Shown in pieces: positions 1 to 14,540 of a DNA stretch of 64,000 nt. Origin of the DNA: Azolla caroliniana (Eukaryota; Plantae; Polypodiophyta); NCBI GenBank assembly GCA_043228905.1, contig JBHGNT010000090.1, positions 29,965-93,964 on the forward strand, written 5' to 3'. Numbering within the stretch: position 1 is the stretch's first letter; each line of letters starts with the position of its first letter. Both the position numbers and the translations under genes were made by a program. The notes below the pieces were generated by a model, which had not been told where the DNA came from, did not search any database, and saw only the letters and a list, made by a program, of their open reading frames with translations.

Positions 1-2332
1 AGAAACAAAATGCAAATTTCATGATGCCTCTAGAGAATGAGGAGAATGGATAGAGAGAAATTTTAATTTATCTATAGCCACGCTGACAAATGCACATACT
101 GTGATTACATTATAGAACGTTCTGTATTAGAATGATATATAATGGCTATAAATGGCCTATGCAAAAGTAAACAAAATAGTTAATATCATGTGAAATATTC
201 ATACCAATTAATTACATTGTGGCGCCATGGAAGTTTGGGTTTTGGTATTGCATTTGTAAGAATATCAACAACTTCTTTATTTGTAGGGGTGTCTAGTTGT
301 AGAGTAGTGTTGTTTTGACGCTTATAAGATAAGCTGACTGTACTTGTTGATTTGACATTTGTCAATGCTTTCTGGGATTAGAGTATCCCAAAGTAGCTTC
401 TTGGGATCAGGGCATCCCAATGTAGCAGAAATCAGTTCTAGTACAAGATATAGTAAACTGCCTAACTTTTTTCTGCAAGGATGATTTACCATCTCCTTTA
501 TCTCTTCAGGGTCCTTTGGTGCCACATCAGAGCTAAGAGAAAGAGTTGGATCAACAGGTTCATACAGGTGATCTTCCTATGCTCATCATTTCTTTAAACT
601 TTCTTTGGCATGGCTGTGCGCTTTCATCTAGATCTTGTAAGTTAAACTCAATGCCTAATATGTAGCGGAGTGCAAGTTTTACTGGTATGCTCCAATGTGA
701 TTTACCTGCAATCTAAATTCTTGGAGATTGCTTCAATTCATATAAGGTTTTCTTCAGGACACAAACATAATTAGGATGCTTGCAGGTATCCTTGAAGTAC
801 TTGGTTGCTCAGTGTAGATAGGTTGGCCTAAATCACCATTAAGGCAAGTTGTTTTTATATTATCAATTATGGTGGATATGCTGTTCTATTTAGGTAGCTA
901 CATCTACACTTGCGATGATGAGCATTGGTGAGAAGGTTTCATGAAAGTGGGAACATGCTAGTGGTTTTGGGTGCAAAGTTGATTGGGAATGGAATGCAAA
1001 GGTAGTGAGATATTAGGCAGTGTAGTATGTAGGTTCCAGAAAACTTGAAGGATGTTGTGAATTAATTCAAGAGTAGTTATTGGAATATCTGGTAGAGTTG
1101 TCAACACTAAGTTATGTGGCGGATGATAGATATCTAATGCATAATCTAAATTAGAATCGTCTTCATCGATGATTGGATAATGTGAATGATTATCAAAGGT
1201 GTTGTGGTTGGAGAAGTTGTGTGTAGATGGCAATAAAACCTAACTTTCAAAGAAATGCAACTTCAGCTAAATTGGAACTTATAGTTGGATTGTAAGCTTT
1301 AGCATGGAACAAGTAATATCCATAAGTCTCTTATACTTTCCTCCACCCTACCCATTTTGTTGAGGATTAATATAATGAGATACAGATTACTGGTGAAATA
1401 TTCATGAGTTTGTATGACTTTGTCATAGTTTTCTGAAGTGAAATTGCCACCATTACCACTTCATACAATTTTGATTCTTCAATTTACTTGCTTTCCAACC
1501 AAGTTTTCGTACATTGAGGAGTGGGATTGAATTTCAGTTTTCTTGTGAAGACAGATAATGATAGCAAAGTGGGAAAAACCATGAAGGGAAGTGAGGAAGT
1601 GCAATATAGCTTCTATTTGAAATAAGATGGGCATATATAGGTATGCATAGATTTGTGTATGAGTGGACTGGGAGTGTGATAAAGCATATGGATGAGATGC
1701 CCTTCTTTTCTAAATTAGAGACAACCTTCAAAGAAATACAAGTGGGTTAAAGATCCAATTATTCCATTTGCAAGGTCTTGTTTTCAGATATTACGTGTGG
1801 GTCGCCTAACCTAAAACTGCAATTTGTGGTGTTCTAAATTGCATTGTGGAGGGTTCAATCCCTTTCCAGCTAGTGTCTTGGTTGGGTCGTTTACAATAGC
1901 TGCAAAAGGATGTTTTTTGTGGTTATTGTTGTTGGGTGGGTCTTATCGGTTTGTTGTCCAGGTATTAACGGTTTAATTTTTGGATATTGGCAGTGAATGA
2001 ATGGCGTGGCGTTGTGATTGGAAACTGCTGTTTGGTCTCTTGTGGCGGTGTTGTTGCTAAGTTTGGAGGAAGATGGTTTTGCTTCATTTCATTCCTTTTT
2101 GTTGATCATGAAAAGCATTGTTTCTGCAGGAATGAAAGCATCAAGATTCTTCTAAGAATGTCAGACATGAATGATTAGAATAGACTGGAAGATGTGTGAT
2201 CATCAACTCTCTCGAGTGCCTATGCTCGTTCCTCCACATCCATCCATACATACATATTGGATCCTAAGCTATAGAACGAGTGGATTTATGAAGAAAATTA
2301 AGGGATGAGAGATGTAGTCTCTCTTCTTCTTC

Positions 2333-2541
2333 TTTTTCGTAAATAATGGCTTTCATTCCGAAAGAAAAACCACCACCATGACTAACTTACTACAAAAGTA
2401 TAGAACTCTTGTATCTATCTATCTATCTAGGGATCTAAAGAGTACTACGACTCCAAACTCAATGTCACCCTACACACCAATTCAAATGGCGAAAATGATG
2501 ATATGTAACCTTGCAGAGTTCTCTCTCTTCCTGGTTGAGAT
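2333..2541 (-). mobile_element. About 210 bp SINE-like element or LINE 3'-end retrocopy (copy 1)
   Basis: Close homologue at 63724-63922. On the minus strand it ends AATGAAAGCCATTATTTACG plus an A-tail. Flanked by a 15/16 identical direct repeat GAGATGTA(G/T)TCTCTCT at 2309-2324 and 2537-2552, consistent with a TSD. Confidence 0.75.
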
Positions 2542-3984
2542 GTATTCTCTCTCTCTATCATAGTAAGGTCTAACTCTATAGTGTTCATTATATTGTCTGC
2601 ATTTGGTAATATAATTGAATCCTCCTCTCATTTCAAGTTGTTCTATTGCAACACCATTGCATTAAGTCACACATTTGTGGTGGTGCATTCCCCTCTTAAG
2701 TTTTCCTAACCAATATTCTTACAAACTATCATGATGATCAATGGTTTTTCTTAGTGGGTCGATGGAGTACCAAAAGTTAGCCAAAATACGATGTCGGCTT
2801 CTCTAGAAAAAGTGAAGCACGAATGAACAACCTAGGAAACAAATGTTTCACCACCATGCATGTCAATGAATAATGCTAAAAAAGATGTGAATCACATGAA
2901 GTTTGATCATGGTCAAAGCCACCATTGGACTCTAGCTCCTACTATTCCTTTTACACATAAAAACATGCGCATAATAATTGTATTTTATGTGATTGTTTGG
3001 AAAGGTGTGAATTGCATGATTTTAACTTGACGAAGATGTCAAGTTGGCCTGGTCACATTTTTCTCTTACGAAAGTATGTACTTGAAAGCCGATTTCAACA
3101 TTCCAACTATATATTATTTATGCAATGCGCATGTTTTTTTGTTTGATTGAAACGAGTCAAAGGTCTAATAATTCAAATTTATTTTACCATTTTTAGCCAA
3201 GACATAAACTCTTATTGGGAATCTTCCAACATCCACTAAGTATGACTTGGGAAGTTATGGGTTCGAGAAGTAAAGAAGTAGGGCATAAACAGAAGTTGAA
3301 ATGGCCATATCATGTCACAAATTGATTATTCTACGAAGAGCAGATGCCAGAGAGCACTAGTAGGAGAAGGGGTAAGACCCTCTATAGAAGTTTCCCAATG
3401 AGGAAACCTCCCAAACTTTCGAAAAGGAGTATATATAGCGCAAAAAATGCTTAGGGCTAATCATTTTCACATGCTACCAATAACTTAAGAGTTTGAGTAT
3501 AAGGTAATTGCTAGGAGAGATCTGGAAAATGAATGAGATACTTGTGAGTGAGGGAGAAAGACTTGTTGGTCTACAAGACTTCTGGGAGTAGTCCTTTCGA
3601 GTGTAAACCTGAATGATGAAGACGAATATTTGCAAGTTAATGCGAATGAAATTAACAAGTGATGTTGGACCAAGAAAAGCAACATTAAAGCACATTATTA
3701 ATTTATATGTCCTCTCCATTCATATTCAACCTTAGTTCACGCGAGTATCCATCGGGTTGAAGGGAGGGAGGGAAGGGTTGTTTCCAAGACGCAACGAACA
3801 TCATCATCATCGGTCTGTGAGAAACAAAAAGCAAAAAAGCATGAGCAGTATTAACAATATGTACATATATGTATGTGAATGAAAGAATGAACATTTCACA
3901 AAAATGAGTGTAAAATCACAGGTTAAATAACACCCCGCCTCACCAGCCCCCCAACACTAACCAACCAAACAAGAAGAAGGATGA

Positions 3985-4020
3985 TTAAGGTTAGGGTTAG
4001 GGTTAGGGTTAGGGTTAAGG
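3985..4020 (+). repeat. (TTAGGG)4 telomere-like tract flanked by TTAAGG variants
   Basis: Four perfect TTAGGG units at 3991-4014, with TTAAGG at 3985-3990 and 4015-4020, about 440 bp upstream of the phosphate-carrier ATG. Confidence 0.9.
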
Positions 4021-4457
4021 GAAAGGTTTAAAAATAAAAATAGAAAACAAAGAAGTAGGAAGAGAGGGAAGAAGCCAAAGAAGAAAAGAGAAGGCAAGAA
4101 AGTAGGAGGCAAAAAAGAAAAGGCAAGAAAAATAAAGGAAGGAATAAATAACTAAATAATTAATAATTAATAATAATAAAGGGACTCTCTTCCTTAGGGC
4201 TAAAACCTAACTATCGTCAGAGAAGGGAAGCCAAGCAGAAACACAAACAGAGAGAGAGAGAGAGAAAAGAGAGAGAAGACAGAGTCACAGTCACAGACAG
4301 ACACACAGAGAGAAAGAGAGAGAGAGAGACAGAGCTTAATCATCATCACACAGAGAGAGGAAAGAAACAACTGCAAGCAGCAGCGGAAGAAGAAGAAGAA
4401 GAAAGCAACACACACTTAGAATTGCTTCTTTCTTCTTCTTCTCCTAGACAGACAGCG

Positions 4458-7400
4458 ATGGCTCCCTCCGACAAGAGATCTTCGTCTCCCTTGATCCCTA
4501 GCAGCCTCTACGCATACAGTGCAAGGAGGATCGGCGGCGGCGGCGGAGGAGGATATGGCGCAATCGCAGCATTCCGACCTCCTTCAGTCGCCTCTTCTTT
4601 CTCTTCTCCTTCTCCTTCTCCTTCTCCTTCTCCATCTCCTCCTTCTCCTTCCACTCGCTTCGCTATTGCTGCTCCAAGCGAACCAGCGGTAGGGAAGAAG
4701 ATCACCATGTATTCCCCTGAGTTCTATGCCGTATGCACGGTTGGAGGGATCCTGAGCTGTGGCCTCACCCACATGGCCGTCACCCCCCTCGATCTTGTCA
4801 AATGCAACATGCAGGTCAGTTTGTCTTCGTATGTGCTCTCGCCCTGTTTGTGCTCAAATCTGTTTTCCTTTTGCGATGGTTTTGACGTGATATGATTCCA
4901 GATCCGTGTCTTAGGGGGTTTGAACTCCTCTGTTTTTGCATCTTCTAGGGTTTTCTTTTGTATTTTGGGCTCGTTTCCCTTTTTTCTCTTTGCACATCTC
5001 ATAGTATTTCTTATCTATCCGTCTACTTTGTAAGCTAATACCAAATTAGAGACTCAAAATCTTCTATATTTTTGGGCCTTTTGTTCATTCTAGATCAGTC
5101 TTTTGGTCTGTCTAGTACGTTATTGAGGATATGCTTGAGTGGTTGGTAGGATGTGCGCCATTTGTTAGGATTCGGAGTATATGGTGAGGTGACTCAAAGG
5201 ATGCCTGCCAAGGATTAAGGGTCTGAATATGTGTTATGGTGTTTCAAGAACTTCTCTCAATGATTAGCATTTTTGTATGTAAGTTTAGCCTTCTGACGAC
5301 TGTTTGTTTCACGGGTTTAGTTGGAAAATGATTTGTGGTTTATAGAAATCTGTGTATTAGTAGCCATTTTCCTGTAGCATTAGGTTTGTCTTATTTTAGT
5401 ATATTGATATCTTATTTGAGAGTCACCTTTTCATTGATTACTCTCAATTTTTCTATATTAGTATTTACTGTATTTCGTTGTATGCAAGGTGTTTTTTTAA
5501 AGTGTTCATATCACACCATAGGGTTTTCCTTTAAATGCTAGGAACGTTTTTAAAGTGTTTATTATTGTTCTCTATAGTACCGTATTTATCTGTGTCCTTT
5601 TGGGCGATATCAAAAACAAAACTTGATCTTTTTTTTTACTGTTTTGATGTATTTAGTGTTTCCATTAGACCCTCAGATAGTTGAAAGAAGCTTTCCTGTA
5701 TACAGTGGGATATCTGAAAAGAAGATCTTCTATTGAGTTCCGAATATTTTACAAAAATTACTGCTGTTTGTTTGGGATTGCGCTGTAAGAAAGTTGTTTT
5801 TAAAGTATGCATGCCTGTAGACATTCGATCCTTTTTGTAAATGTTGCAGATAGATCCAGTAAAATACAAGACAATTGGTAGTGGCTTTGGCATTCTATTG
5901 AAAGAACAAGGACCCAAGGGATTCTTCCGAGGATGGGTACCCACTCTATTAGGCTACAGTGCCCAAGGAGCATGCAAATTTGGCTTTTATGAGTACTTCA
6001 AGAAGTACTATGCTGATCTTGCTGGTCCTGAGAATGCTGAGAAGTACAAGACTTTGATCTATTTGGCAGGGTCAGCCTCAGCTGAGTTCATTGCGGATCT
6101 CGCTCTATGTCCTTTTGAGGCTGTCAAAGTTCGAGTCCAGACCCAACCAGGATTTGCCCGAGGATTGTCAGATGGTTTCCCCAAGTTTGTTGCTTCTGAG
6201 GGTTATGCCGGGTATGTCTTTTCACGTTCTGCTGTAATCAACTGAGAATACAATGTACATAACACCATAATACCAGAACACCAGAATACAATGTACAGAA
6301 CATAGTACCTTTAACAGTGAATTAACAAAATAAATGCCAAGAATATCACCATCCTTTTAGATATACTAGAATATTTTAAACCCTCTTGTCTCTGAAAGAG
6401 ACCTGAATATATGTTGTAGTACGAAAATGCCTTTTACTACCGAAGAGTAGCCTAATAAACTTGATTCTTTATTGTTGTAAACTTTAGTGAGCGTGTACAC
6501 AATTTAGTCTTGTTTTTATAAGTCAAACTTTGTGGATATTTACCAGAATCTGTAACTATGAGGATATTTATGATGGTTGCTGTCAGATCATCTCTCTACA
6601 GTAATGAACTCTAATATACTTTATAGTATTCTAATGTCTTAGAAGCTTAGGGCATATTTTAGTAAATGCCGTACAAGTTAGGGGTATTTTTCCAATATAC
6701 AAGTTCATAATACCTCATTCATATAATTGGTTAACTCATACTTATAAACATTGTTTATAGAAGTCCCTCTATGTTTGTTTCTTTGTTGCTAAAAAAAATT
6801 GTTGTTACTGGGTATTTGATGATTTTGTATTTGAATTTTTTTGGCAGGTTATACAAGGGCCTTGTACCGCTATGGGGCAGACAGATTCCTTGTAAGTATA
6901 TAAGATGTAGTTAGCCTTTTTGTCTCCATTGATTGCTATTTTTCTATTCAGTTCTGGAAATTCTGGCATCTGTTCTTCCCATTTATTGTCAATTTTGTGG
7001 AGTCTTGGTTTTGCTTTCTCGCTGGACAAGTATGAAGACTTGATAATGCTGAATGCAGACACAATGATGAAGTTTGCAAGCTTTGAGAAGACCGTGGAGT
7101 TGCTTTACCAACATGTTGTGCCAATCCCTAAAAATGAATGCTCGAAGACTACCCAGTTGGGGGTTAGTTTTGCTGGAGGCTACATTGCTGGAGTCTTTTG
7201 TGCTATTGTGTCTCATCCTGCTGATAATCTTGTCTCCTTCTTGAACAATTCAAAGGGTGCTACTGTTGGCGATGTAAGTTATTGAAATCTTTACTCTTTG
7301 GGTTCCCTTTGGCTATTTATTTTGTAACTTGCCTAACTTTTGTAGTAATCTAATTATGGTTGTTGTTGTTCACATTTGCTTTTCTATCTGAAGGCTGTAA

Positions 7401-7833
7401 AGAAGATGGGCCTTATGGGATTGTTCACCCGAGGGCTGCCTCTTCGAATTGTCATGATTGGTACTTTGACTGGTGCACAATGGGGAATTTACGATGCCTT
7501 CAAAGTGTTTGTGGGATTGTAAGTGTTTCTTACGTTGTTTCCAATTTCTTTTGATGCTGCTCTATGCATGGCTGTTTGTCCAGATTGCATATTCTTTTTT
7601 AAGTATTTCAGAGTCTCAGGTAAAGGCAAATGGCTCTCTAGAGCACATCTAATTCATTTATAGGCATTCTGAATAGATAAATATGTGCTCTAGACAGACG
7701 AAGTTGTTATTGTCTCTGACTTAACACAAAATGGAAGAATTATCTAGTGTTCTTTTGCAAGGAACTTTTGGCCTCATCTAAGCTGCCTTCTCTGAATTTC
7801 AGGCCAACTACTGGAGGTGTTGCGAAGAAATAA
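4458..7833 (+). CDS. PHT3: Mitochondrial phosphate carrier (SLC25 family, PHT3/MPT-type), 6 coding exons, 377 aa
   Basis: Exons 4458-4814, 5850-6211, 6848-6891, 7059-7273, 7394-7518 and 7803-7833, all with GT-AG introns and compatible phases (1134 nt including TAA). Carrier motifs [20 protein letters not shown] and HPADNLVS; also [30 protein letters not shown] and [17 protein letters not shown]. Confidence 0.96.
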
Positions 7834-10800
7834 GCATTTTGGGTGGCTAATAAAGGTTCCTGAATTTTTAAACACTAACTCATTAGATTGCTGAGTGGAC
7901 ATAATGCCAAAAGGTGGATAATAAATAGAAGATTTTGTTTCAGAGCTTATTCGAACTCAAGTGTAAGCACTCACTACATATGCTTACAAATATTAATCCG
8001 TAGCTCTATTGAGACACTGGGCAGTGTGTTGCGTCCCAATCTTTGCAGCACGATTTTGGGAAGGCTTGACATATAAATGGTTTATGCTATACATTCATAA
8101 ACATCTGCGCTATTGATATATCACAGGCTGTAGGTGTTGACTTAATAATGCGTTTTTTTAATGCTTTTTCTATTGTTTGTTTAGTTTAAGTTGAATGATT
8201 ATGATCACATTGCATGGTGGTTTTATACATGCGCTTTTCTGTTGTATGTGTTGATTCACCATACTTAATTGTTATAACTTTCATTTGCAGTGTTTTAGTG
8301 TAACATTGAATAATCATAATAAACATGTGCATCAGTGGTGTAGGAAAGCAGAGTAGGGAATAGGAAAGTCAGTGGGGATAATGAAGTATTCCTTGCTAGG
8401 ATAATGTAAGTTTCCATAGAAGTATAAAATTGTTGTAGATTTTTCCATTTGTTGTATGGAAGAGTTCTCCCTTTTAGTTGTTAGGTAGTTTTACTGTATA
8501 ATATAGCCTGTAAATTCATGGTAGTTGTATTCATAAACACAGCATTCTTAGCTGTAGATAATGGAATTTTGATCTTTTTCATTCGATTAAGGGAAACACC
8601 TTGATAATTATTGATGTAAAAAATGATAGCTTAATTAAAAATTAGCAAGCCTTCAAAGTCAACCTTTCATACTAATGTGAGAATGATTAAATTTGAAAAT
8701 GCTGGATTAGCAGATTGACGTTGTTCTCCAGTAGTCATTGATGTAGTTGGCAACTAATGTGGGACGGGGAAATTTACAGTTAGTTTTTCGAAGGGACAAT
8801 TGTTTTCTTTTGTTTGCCCTTTACCATTTGTCTACATCCTTTGCGATTGTAGAGGTAAGTTGGAATGGTAGCTTTGCTATTTAACTTCATATTTATACAT
8901 TGCACCAAGGGTTGGGAGTCAATATTGAGACTTAAGGTTAGAAACATTATGAAAACCAAGTGATATAGTGTTCTTGTGCATTTTATTCCTCTTTTATATT
9001 TGATCTCATATTCTTTTTAGTGAGTACGACCTCCTTAGTTTCTTCCATTCTCAACTTTGCATAAAAGGGCCAAAACATGGTTCCTTACCCTATCTATGAT
9101 TAGATATCCTGTCCTTCACCTTTTTGCTAATAATGATTTTCATCAACATTGTTTATGTTGTTTGACGCCCCTATCTAAAAATGCATGACACTTGCCTTTT
9201 TAGTGCTTCAGCTCTTATGATCTCAAGAAATTTTTCTTGAGGTACTTATCTATTATAATTGTTTCCTTATTTTGTTGGATATATTCTTTAGCTATCTTTG
9301 TACCTTGTAAACCTAATGCTTTATTGCTTTGGTCATGAAGCATGTTATCTTCCCGTTTACAATTCCCTCTAAGGATTGTTGATCCATATAGTTTTTGAGT
9401 CTTGGGAGTGTGCAACCATTATATTTTATCCGGGAACATCTAGACTTTAATTTCCCCAACCCTCTCTATACCTATTTTTTCATCAAGCATTTACAACTCA
9501 CTTTTTCGTGGCTTTAATATGAGCAATATAAAGGTCCTCTAGAGCATCTTCTAGCCCTTCTTTACTTCAGCAATGTCTAAGGATTTGGTGTTTTTTGGCC
9601 TCATATGTGCCTTCTTCTCGTTTCACCTTGAAGCTCGAAACCTTGAATATGCTTGTTCCGAAAGTTTTTAAGTTGTGTGGCTATACATGACCTCTCCACA
9701 TTTTTATTACCCTACTTGCTTACAAATTCATACGCTTGCAAATATTATTTATTATTTGGAGGATAGTGTTGTAAATAAGGGAAGTATTTTGGCATATGGG
9801 AGCTAATCATATTAGGGATAATGGCATTGCAAATAAGACGAATGAACATGTTCACAATTATAGTTGTGGCATTGATAATGATGAGAATATACCGTATAAT
9901 GTGTAGTCAACTTTGTAAATTTGATCGTGGTCGAAGTTGTCAAAGATTGTCAAATGGAGACAACAATAGCAACAATGGTGGATGTATAGGTAGCTTATCC
10001 CCTCTTTACACCCAAAGAGTCCATGCAAGACACCATAATTTATAGGGATGGAAAATGTGCATTTTTTCTCCCTTGTATTTCTATTGTTCGGATCATGCAT
10101 AAGCTAACATGATGCAACTGCGAAGCTCATGCATTGTAGGTACATTCTCTTGGCACACGCACTTGTGTGCATCCTACAAGAGTTGGACACATGACAAGTG
10201 AACTTTCATCAATGACACTTGAAATTAATGTCTAATTACGACCAATATTAGCATATATTCTTTGAAGCATGAATATATAGGTTTTAGCACGATTTGAGCT
10301 CATAATTGTACAAGTCAATCAAATATCCCAATTTTTTCTTAATATGAAAACATATAGAAGTTCGTTTAAACATTAAGAAGCGTTAGAATATATTCATTTT
10401 GATGCACAAATCTTTGTACAAAAGATTTATTGTCTTTCATAAAAACAAAGTCATAACCCTACACGATATCATGTCTATGGAGTTGCATCAATCTTTTCTT
10501 CTATGGTAGAAATGAACAATAGCAAATGTTTTTTGACGGCTCATTATAATAAATGAATAAAAAGAGAGAACAAGAGATTCACAAACAACGATACTCTCTA
10601 TGTTATGCATTTTGGAAGCCTAAGTATGCCTTGCATGCAAATCAAGACAACGTTAATCAAGGAAACCACGCCTCCCATGTATCTCAAGATGACGTTAATC
10701 ACGGAAACCTTGTTAACTATCACTTTGGATATTGAATGTATCATCGTTCATGAACTCAATTGTGTTCATAAATGGATTAAATAAAAATACATTGTGCAAT

Positions 10801-12940
10801 GATCGAACACATGGACATTTCCCTTGGATAACATGGAGATTTGTGTACATCCACCCAATAAGATTTGGATTGATAGGGACAAAAGAAACACGAACCATAT
10901 TAAAATCCAAGTAATATAGTTGTTGAAGGTTAGAATGAGAGACCCCAAAAATAGACTTCCATCAAAAATATTTTCTATGGTAGTTTGTGTGCATGGGAAA
11001 ACATTACTAAAGACATTCTACACACATGCAACAAGGTACGTTGTCCCATGTAGACGGGGATGGGAATAAGCTATAAAGTCAAAATCAAGTTACAAAAGGA
11101 GAAAATATGTATTCATCATTTAGAGAACTCATGAACTGCATAGTCTAGACTTGGTTATCCATCATAGTTTATTCCTTGTTGATGACAACATTGAGGATGT
11201 AAAAAATGAAGACGAAGATCAACCCAATAATGAAGAAGAAGATCGACTCGAACCAACGGAGAACTGTTTATAGATTAGTTATAAAGCCAAACATGGTAAG
11301 GAGGAGTGGATTTATTCTCATGATTCACTTGGGTTTGTCAAATTTGGACTAGCATATAGAAAGGCATTAAAGTGGACAATTATTCAACCAAATTTGAAGT
11401 GTGAAAAGCTTAATGTTTACAAAAACTAATGACATTAGAATTTCCCAAACAAAACATTAGATGCCAGAGCACATTATGAACATTGAAAACAATAGAGGTT
11501 CCATTTATGAGCAACGCTTCTTTTGGGTGTTCTATCTCAATTCTTATTAATGAGGATATTGTTGTCATTCTCTATGTTCTATGTTGATTCCTTTGATGAG
11601 AAGATTGTTGTCATTCTTTACCTATCATATCATTTGGTGAGGAGGAAAAAGGTCAAAATTGGGGTTGCAAGAACACTAACACTCCCTATCTAATTTGAAT
11701 TGATGAAAGTCTAAAGAAAATGAGACCAACGAAGACCTTAGGATAGAATGTCATGAGGGGTAGATTCTTCTTCCCACTAAGAGTGAAGAATAGAATGGTT
11801 AGTGAGAAATTGAAGATGGCTCACAAATCACTACAATCCGTATAAATTGAAAAAGGTTTGCAAGTCACTACTATTGATATAAATAAGCATACATGATCAA
11901 AACTTGGTAATGAATGGTTAGATATAACAAAACATACAAAGAGGCACCCGATATGTTAGGGATGGAAATTTGTGGAATATTTGTGACATGGTAATACTAG
12001 GACTCGCCCATAGTGTAACAATTTGTTGGTGGCAACAAAATCATCATTAAGGTTGTTTACAGTGGCTCAAGTTGATTGTTGCACGCATATCAAATGTAGG
12101 GCTCTTGTGGTGCCTTTTTATGCAAGGAGACCTAACATATCATGGGTTATGTTAATGCGTCATTGTTAATGGGTTGTGGTGTCCTACCTAAACAAGAGAC
12201 AAATTGTCGAAATAAGGAATGGGTCTTTTAGGATACCAGTAGGAATGAGGGTGTTGAAGGAACAATTCGCAAATCTATCAAACATGCCAACAACAAATAT
12301 TTTGTTCTCAAGAAAGATAAGTAACCGAAGCATCAATTTGTATCTTGAGAATTGGGCTGTGTGTGTGGGGATGGATGAACAATGAACAACCATTGTACAA
12401 CAAAGCCTACGTTATGGGAGTCTAGTTTTTGGACATTTGCTTTCTCGTTTTCCTTTTGGTGACATCTTTATAAATTTCGCCGATCGAAAGGATTTTGGGG
12501 AATCAATAAAATCTACGTTTTTGACTAACCGCCAAACTCAAATTTCAAAGTCAAATGAACTCCTCCAACGTCCAACATACACACATCTTTACATATTTAA
12601 AAAAACACACCCTCTCTTTCTCTCTGTGAGTGTGTGTGTGAATTTAAAGAGGTAAAGAGGGCAGTATTAATAAATGGAAGAGGAGGAGCATTGATCTAAG
12701 AAGATAAGCCGTCGGTTATGATGTGTAAGGAAGGGGGAGGGGTGTATAGAAGATGTTGTCCACCAAATCCAGAAGATTTGGTTTTTGGAAGAAGAGAGGA
12801 AAATAAAGAGGGTAAAGAGAACAAGAACCAACAAACGAACAAACAAATATATTTTGCCAATTGGTCAAGGGTCAAGGGTCAAAGGTCAAGGGCAGCATCA
12901 GAGGCAGAGGCAGAAGAAGAGGGTCTTTTCGGGGCACGGC

Positions 12941-13357
12941 TCTCTCTCTCTCTCTCTCTCTGGCGGTGTGGCCACACCCACTGTGAAAAAAGTTATATGT
13001 GTGTATATAATCATAATATGTTATCCCTCCCTCAGGAACAAAGAAGAGGTAGGGAGGGGTAGGGGAGCTGAAAACATAAATAAAATCAAATAGACACAGA
13101 TGATCTGAAGGAAGAGACAGCGGAAGGAACTACGTCTATTTTTTTATATGTCACTACACTAATAATAATAATAATTCTAAGAAATAAATAATAATACTAA
13201 TAATAATAATAATAAGAGAAGTAGTAGTAGTAGTAGTAGACTGTAGTAGTATTTTTAGTTTTTCTGTTGCGTGCTTCTGACTCCACAGACCGGGCGTGCT
13301 CAAAACCAAAATTGCCTCGGACACCGGGCGCACGTGTGTGTGTGTGTATATGATATG

Positions 13358-13394
<37 letters not shown>

Positions 13395-13763
13395 CATCCC
13401 TCTTCCCGGGGGGCCCCGACCCCTTTTTCTTTCCTTTGATTTCTCATTTCATGCAGAGAGACACACAGAAAGCAGCCAAACCCTAAACCGAAGGAAGGAT
13501 AGGAGGAATGAATATAGTGAAGGAAGGAAGGGAAAGAAACCGCAAAAACGGTTTCCCGGCGGCTCACTTTCCCGTCCCAACCCTATTTGTCTTCACGTTT
13601 TCTCGACAAATACGCCTGCCACGTGTACGGCAGAAGCGCGGCCTCGCCACTAACACGCGCTCTGCTCCTCCTCCTCCTCCTTCTCATCTCTCTCTCTCTC
13701 TCCGACTCCTCTTTTTCCGCGACCATTTTATTTTCTCTCTCACTCTCTCTCATTGACTGTCAA

Positions 13764-13795
<32 letters not shown>

Positions 13796-14340
13796 CACAC
13801 ATCGCCATATAATATACATACATACATATACATTTATATATACATACATATATATATATATATATATATGAATATGTATATCATATATGTATGTATGTGT
13901 GTGTGTGTGTGAATAGAGAGCTCTCATAAAATCTGGTAATCCTCACTGTCGCTGAAATTCCTCTCACCTTATACTATATAGTCCTCGTAGTTATAATAAT
14001 TTATATTGTATCGTACCTTCTCTCCTTCCCTTCCCTTCCCTTTGAGCTCTCTGCTCAGAAACTGTTGTTATTATTATTATTGTAGTTGCTGCTGTAATTG
14101 TCGTTTTTATTAACTCACGGGCTTTCATTTACATACAAAACTACTACTACTACTACTACTCAAGCAGCAAAAAGGAAGAAGCTGCTCTGCTCGATCACTC
14201 CCTCCCCTCCCTCACTTTCACTCTCACACTCCCTGCGTCAAATTTTACTGCGCCATTTTTTGTCGCACTACACTGCCCCATCACAATCATACTACATTTC
14301 TCTCATTTATACACATCTATCTATCTATCTATCTATCTAT
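12941..14340. repeat. Microsatellite-dense region upstream of CYCD: (CT)n, (TAA)n, (TAG)n, (GA)n, (CTGT)n, (TA)n, (ATCT)n
   Basis: Simple repeats directly visible, for example (GA)n at 13361-13390 and a TA-rich tract at about 13812-13870. Confidence 0.85.
13478..13625 (+). promoter_or_regulatory. Candidate cis-element cluster upstream of CYCD: telo-box, E2F-like site, G-box
   Basis: AAACCCTAA at 13478-13486, TTTCCCGG at 13552-13559 (fits TTTSSCGS) and CACGTG at 13620-13625, in a GC-richer island about 1 kb upstream of the ATG. Motif match only. Confidence 0.45.
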
Positions 14341-14540
14341 CTATATATTACATCTGTATCCCTCCTTCGCTCTCTCATACATATTATCAAATTCCTCATC
14401 TTCTACGCCATTCCCTTTTCTATAACCCATACACTCCATCATTACTCTCTCATACATTCACAGATATACTCACATCCTATAATCTCAATAATACAATCCT
14501 ACTTCCGCTGATCCCTATTTCAGTCTACAGATCCAGTGCA

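Noticed and set aside
322-2100. Short minus-strand ORFs with protein-like composition
   Set aside because: Possibly a decayed transposon, but I recognise no diagnostic motif; it needs a translated search.
3991-4014. Chromosome end or telomere fusion site
   Set aside because: Only four units, internal, with no head-to-head arrangement or subtelomeric context.
10300-11300. Short ORFs and an acidic stretch suggesting a decayed coding sequence
   Set aside because: No identifiable domain or splice structure.
14098-14511. 137 aa ORF just upstream of CYCD as a possible uORF
   Set aside because: Non-ATG start and low-complexity, microsatellite-derived sequence.
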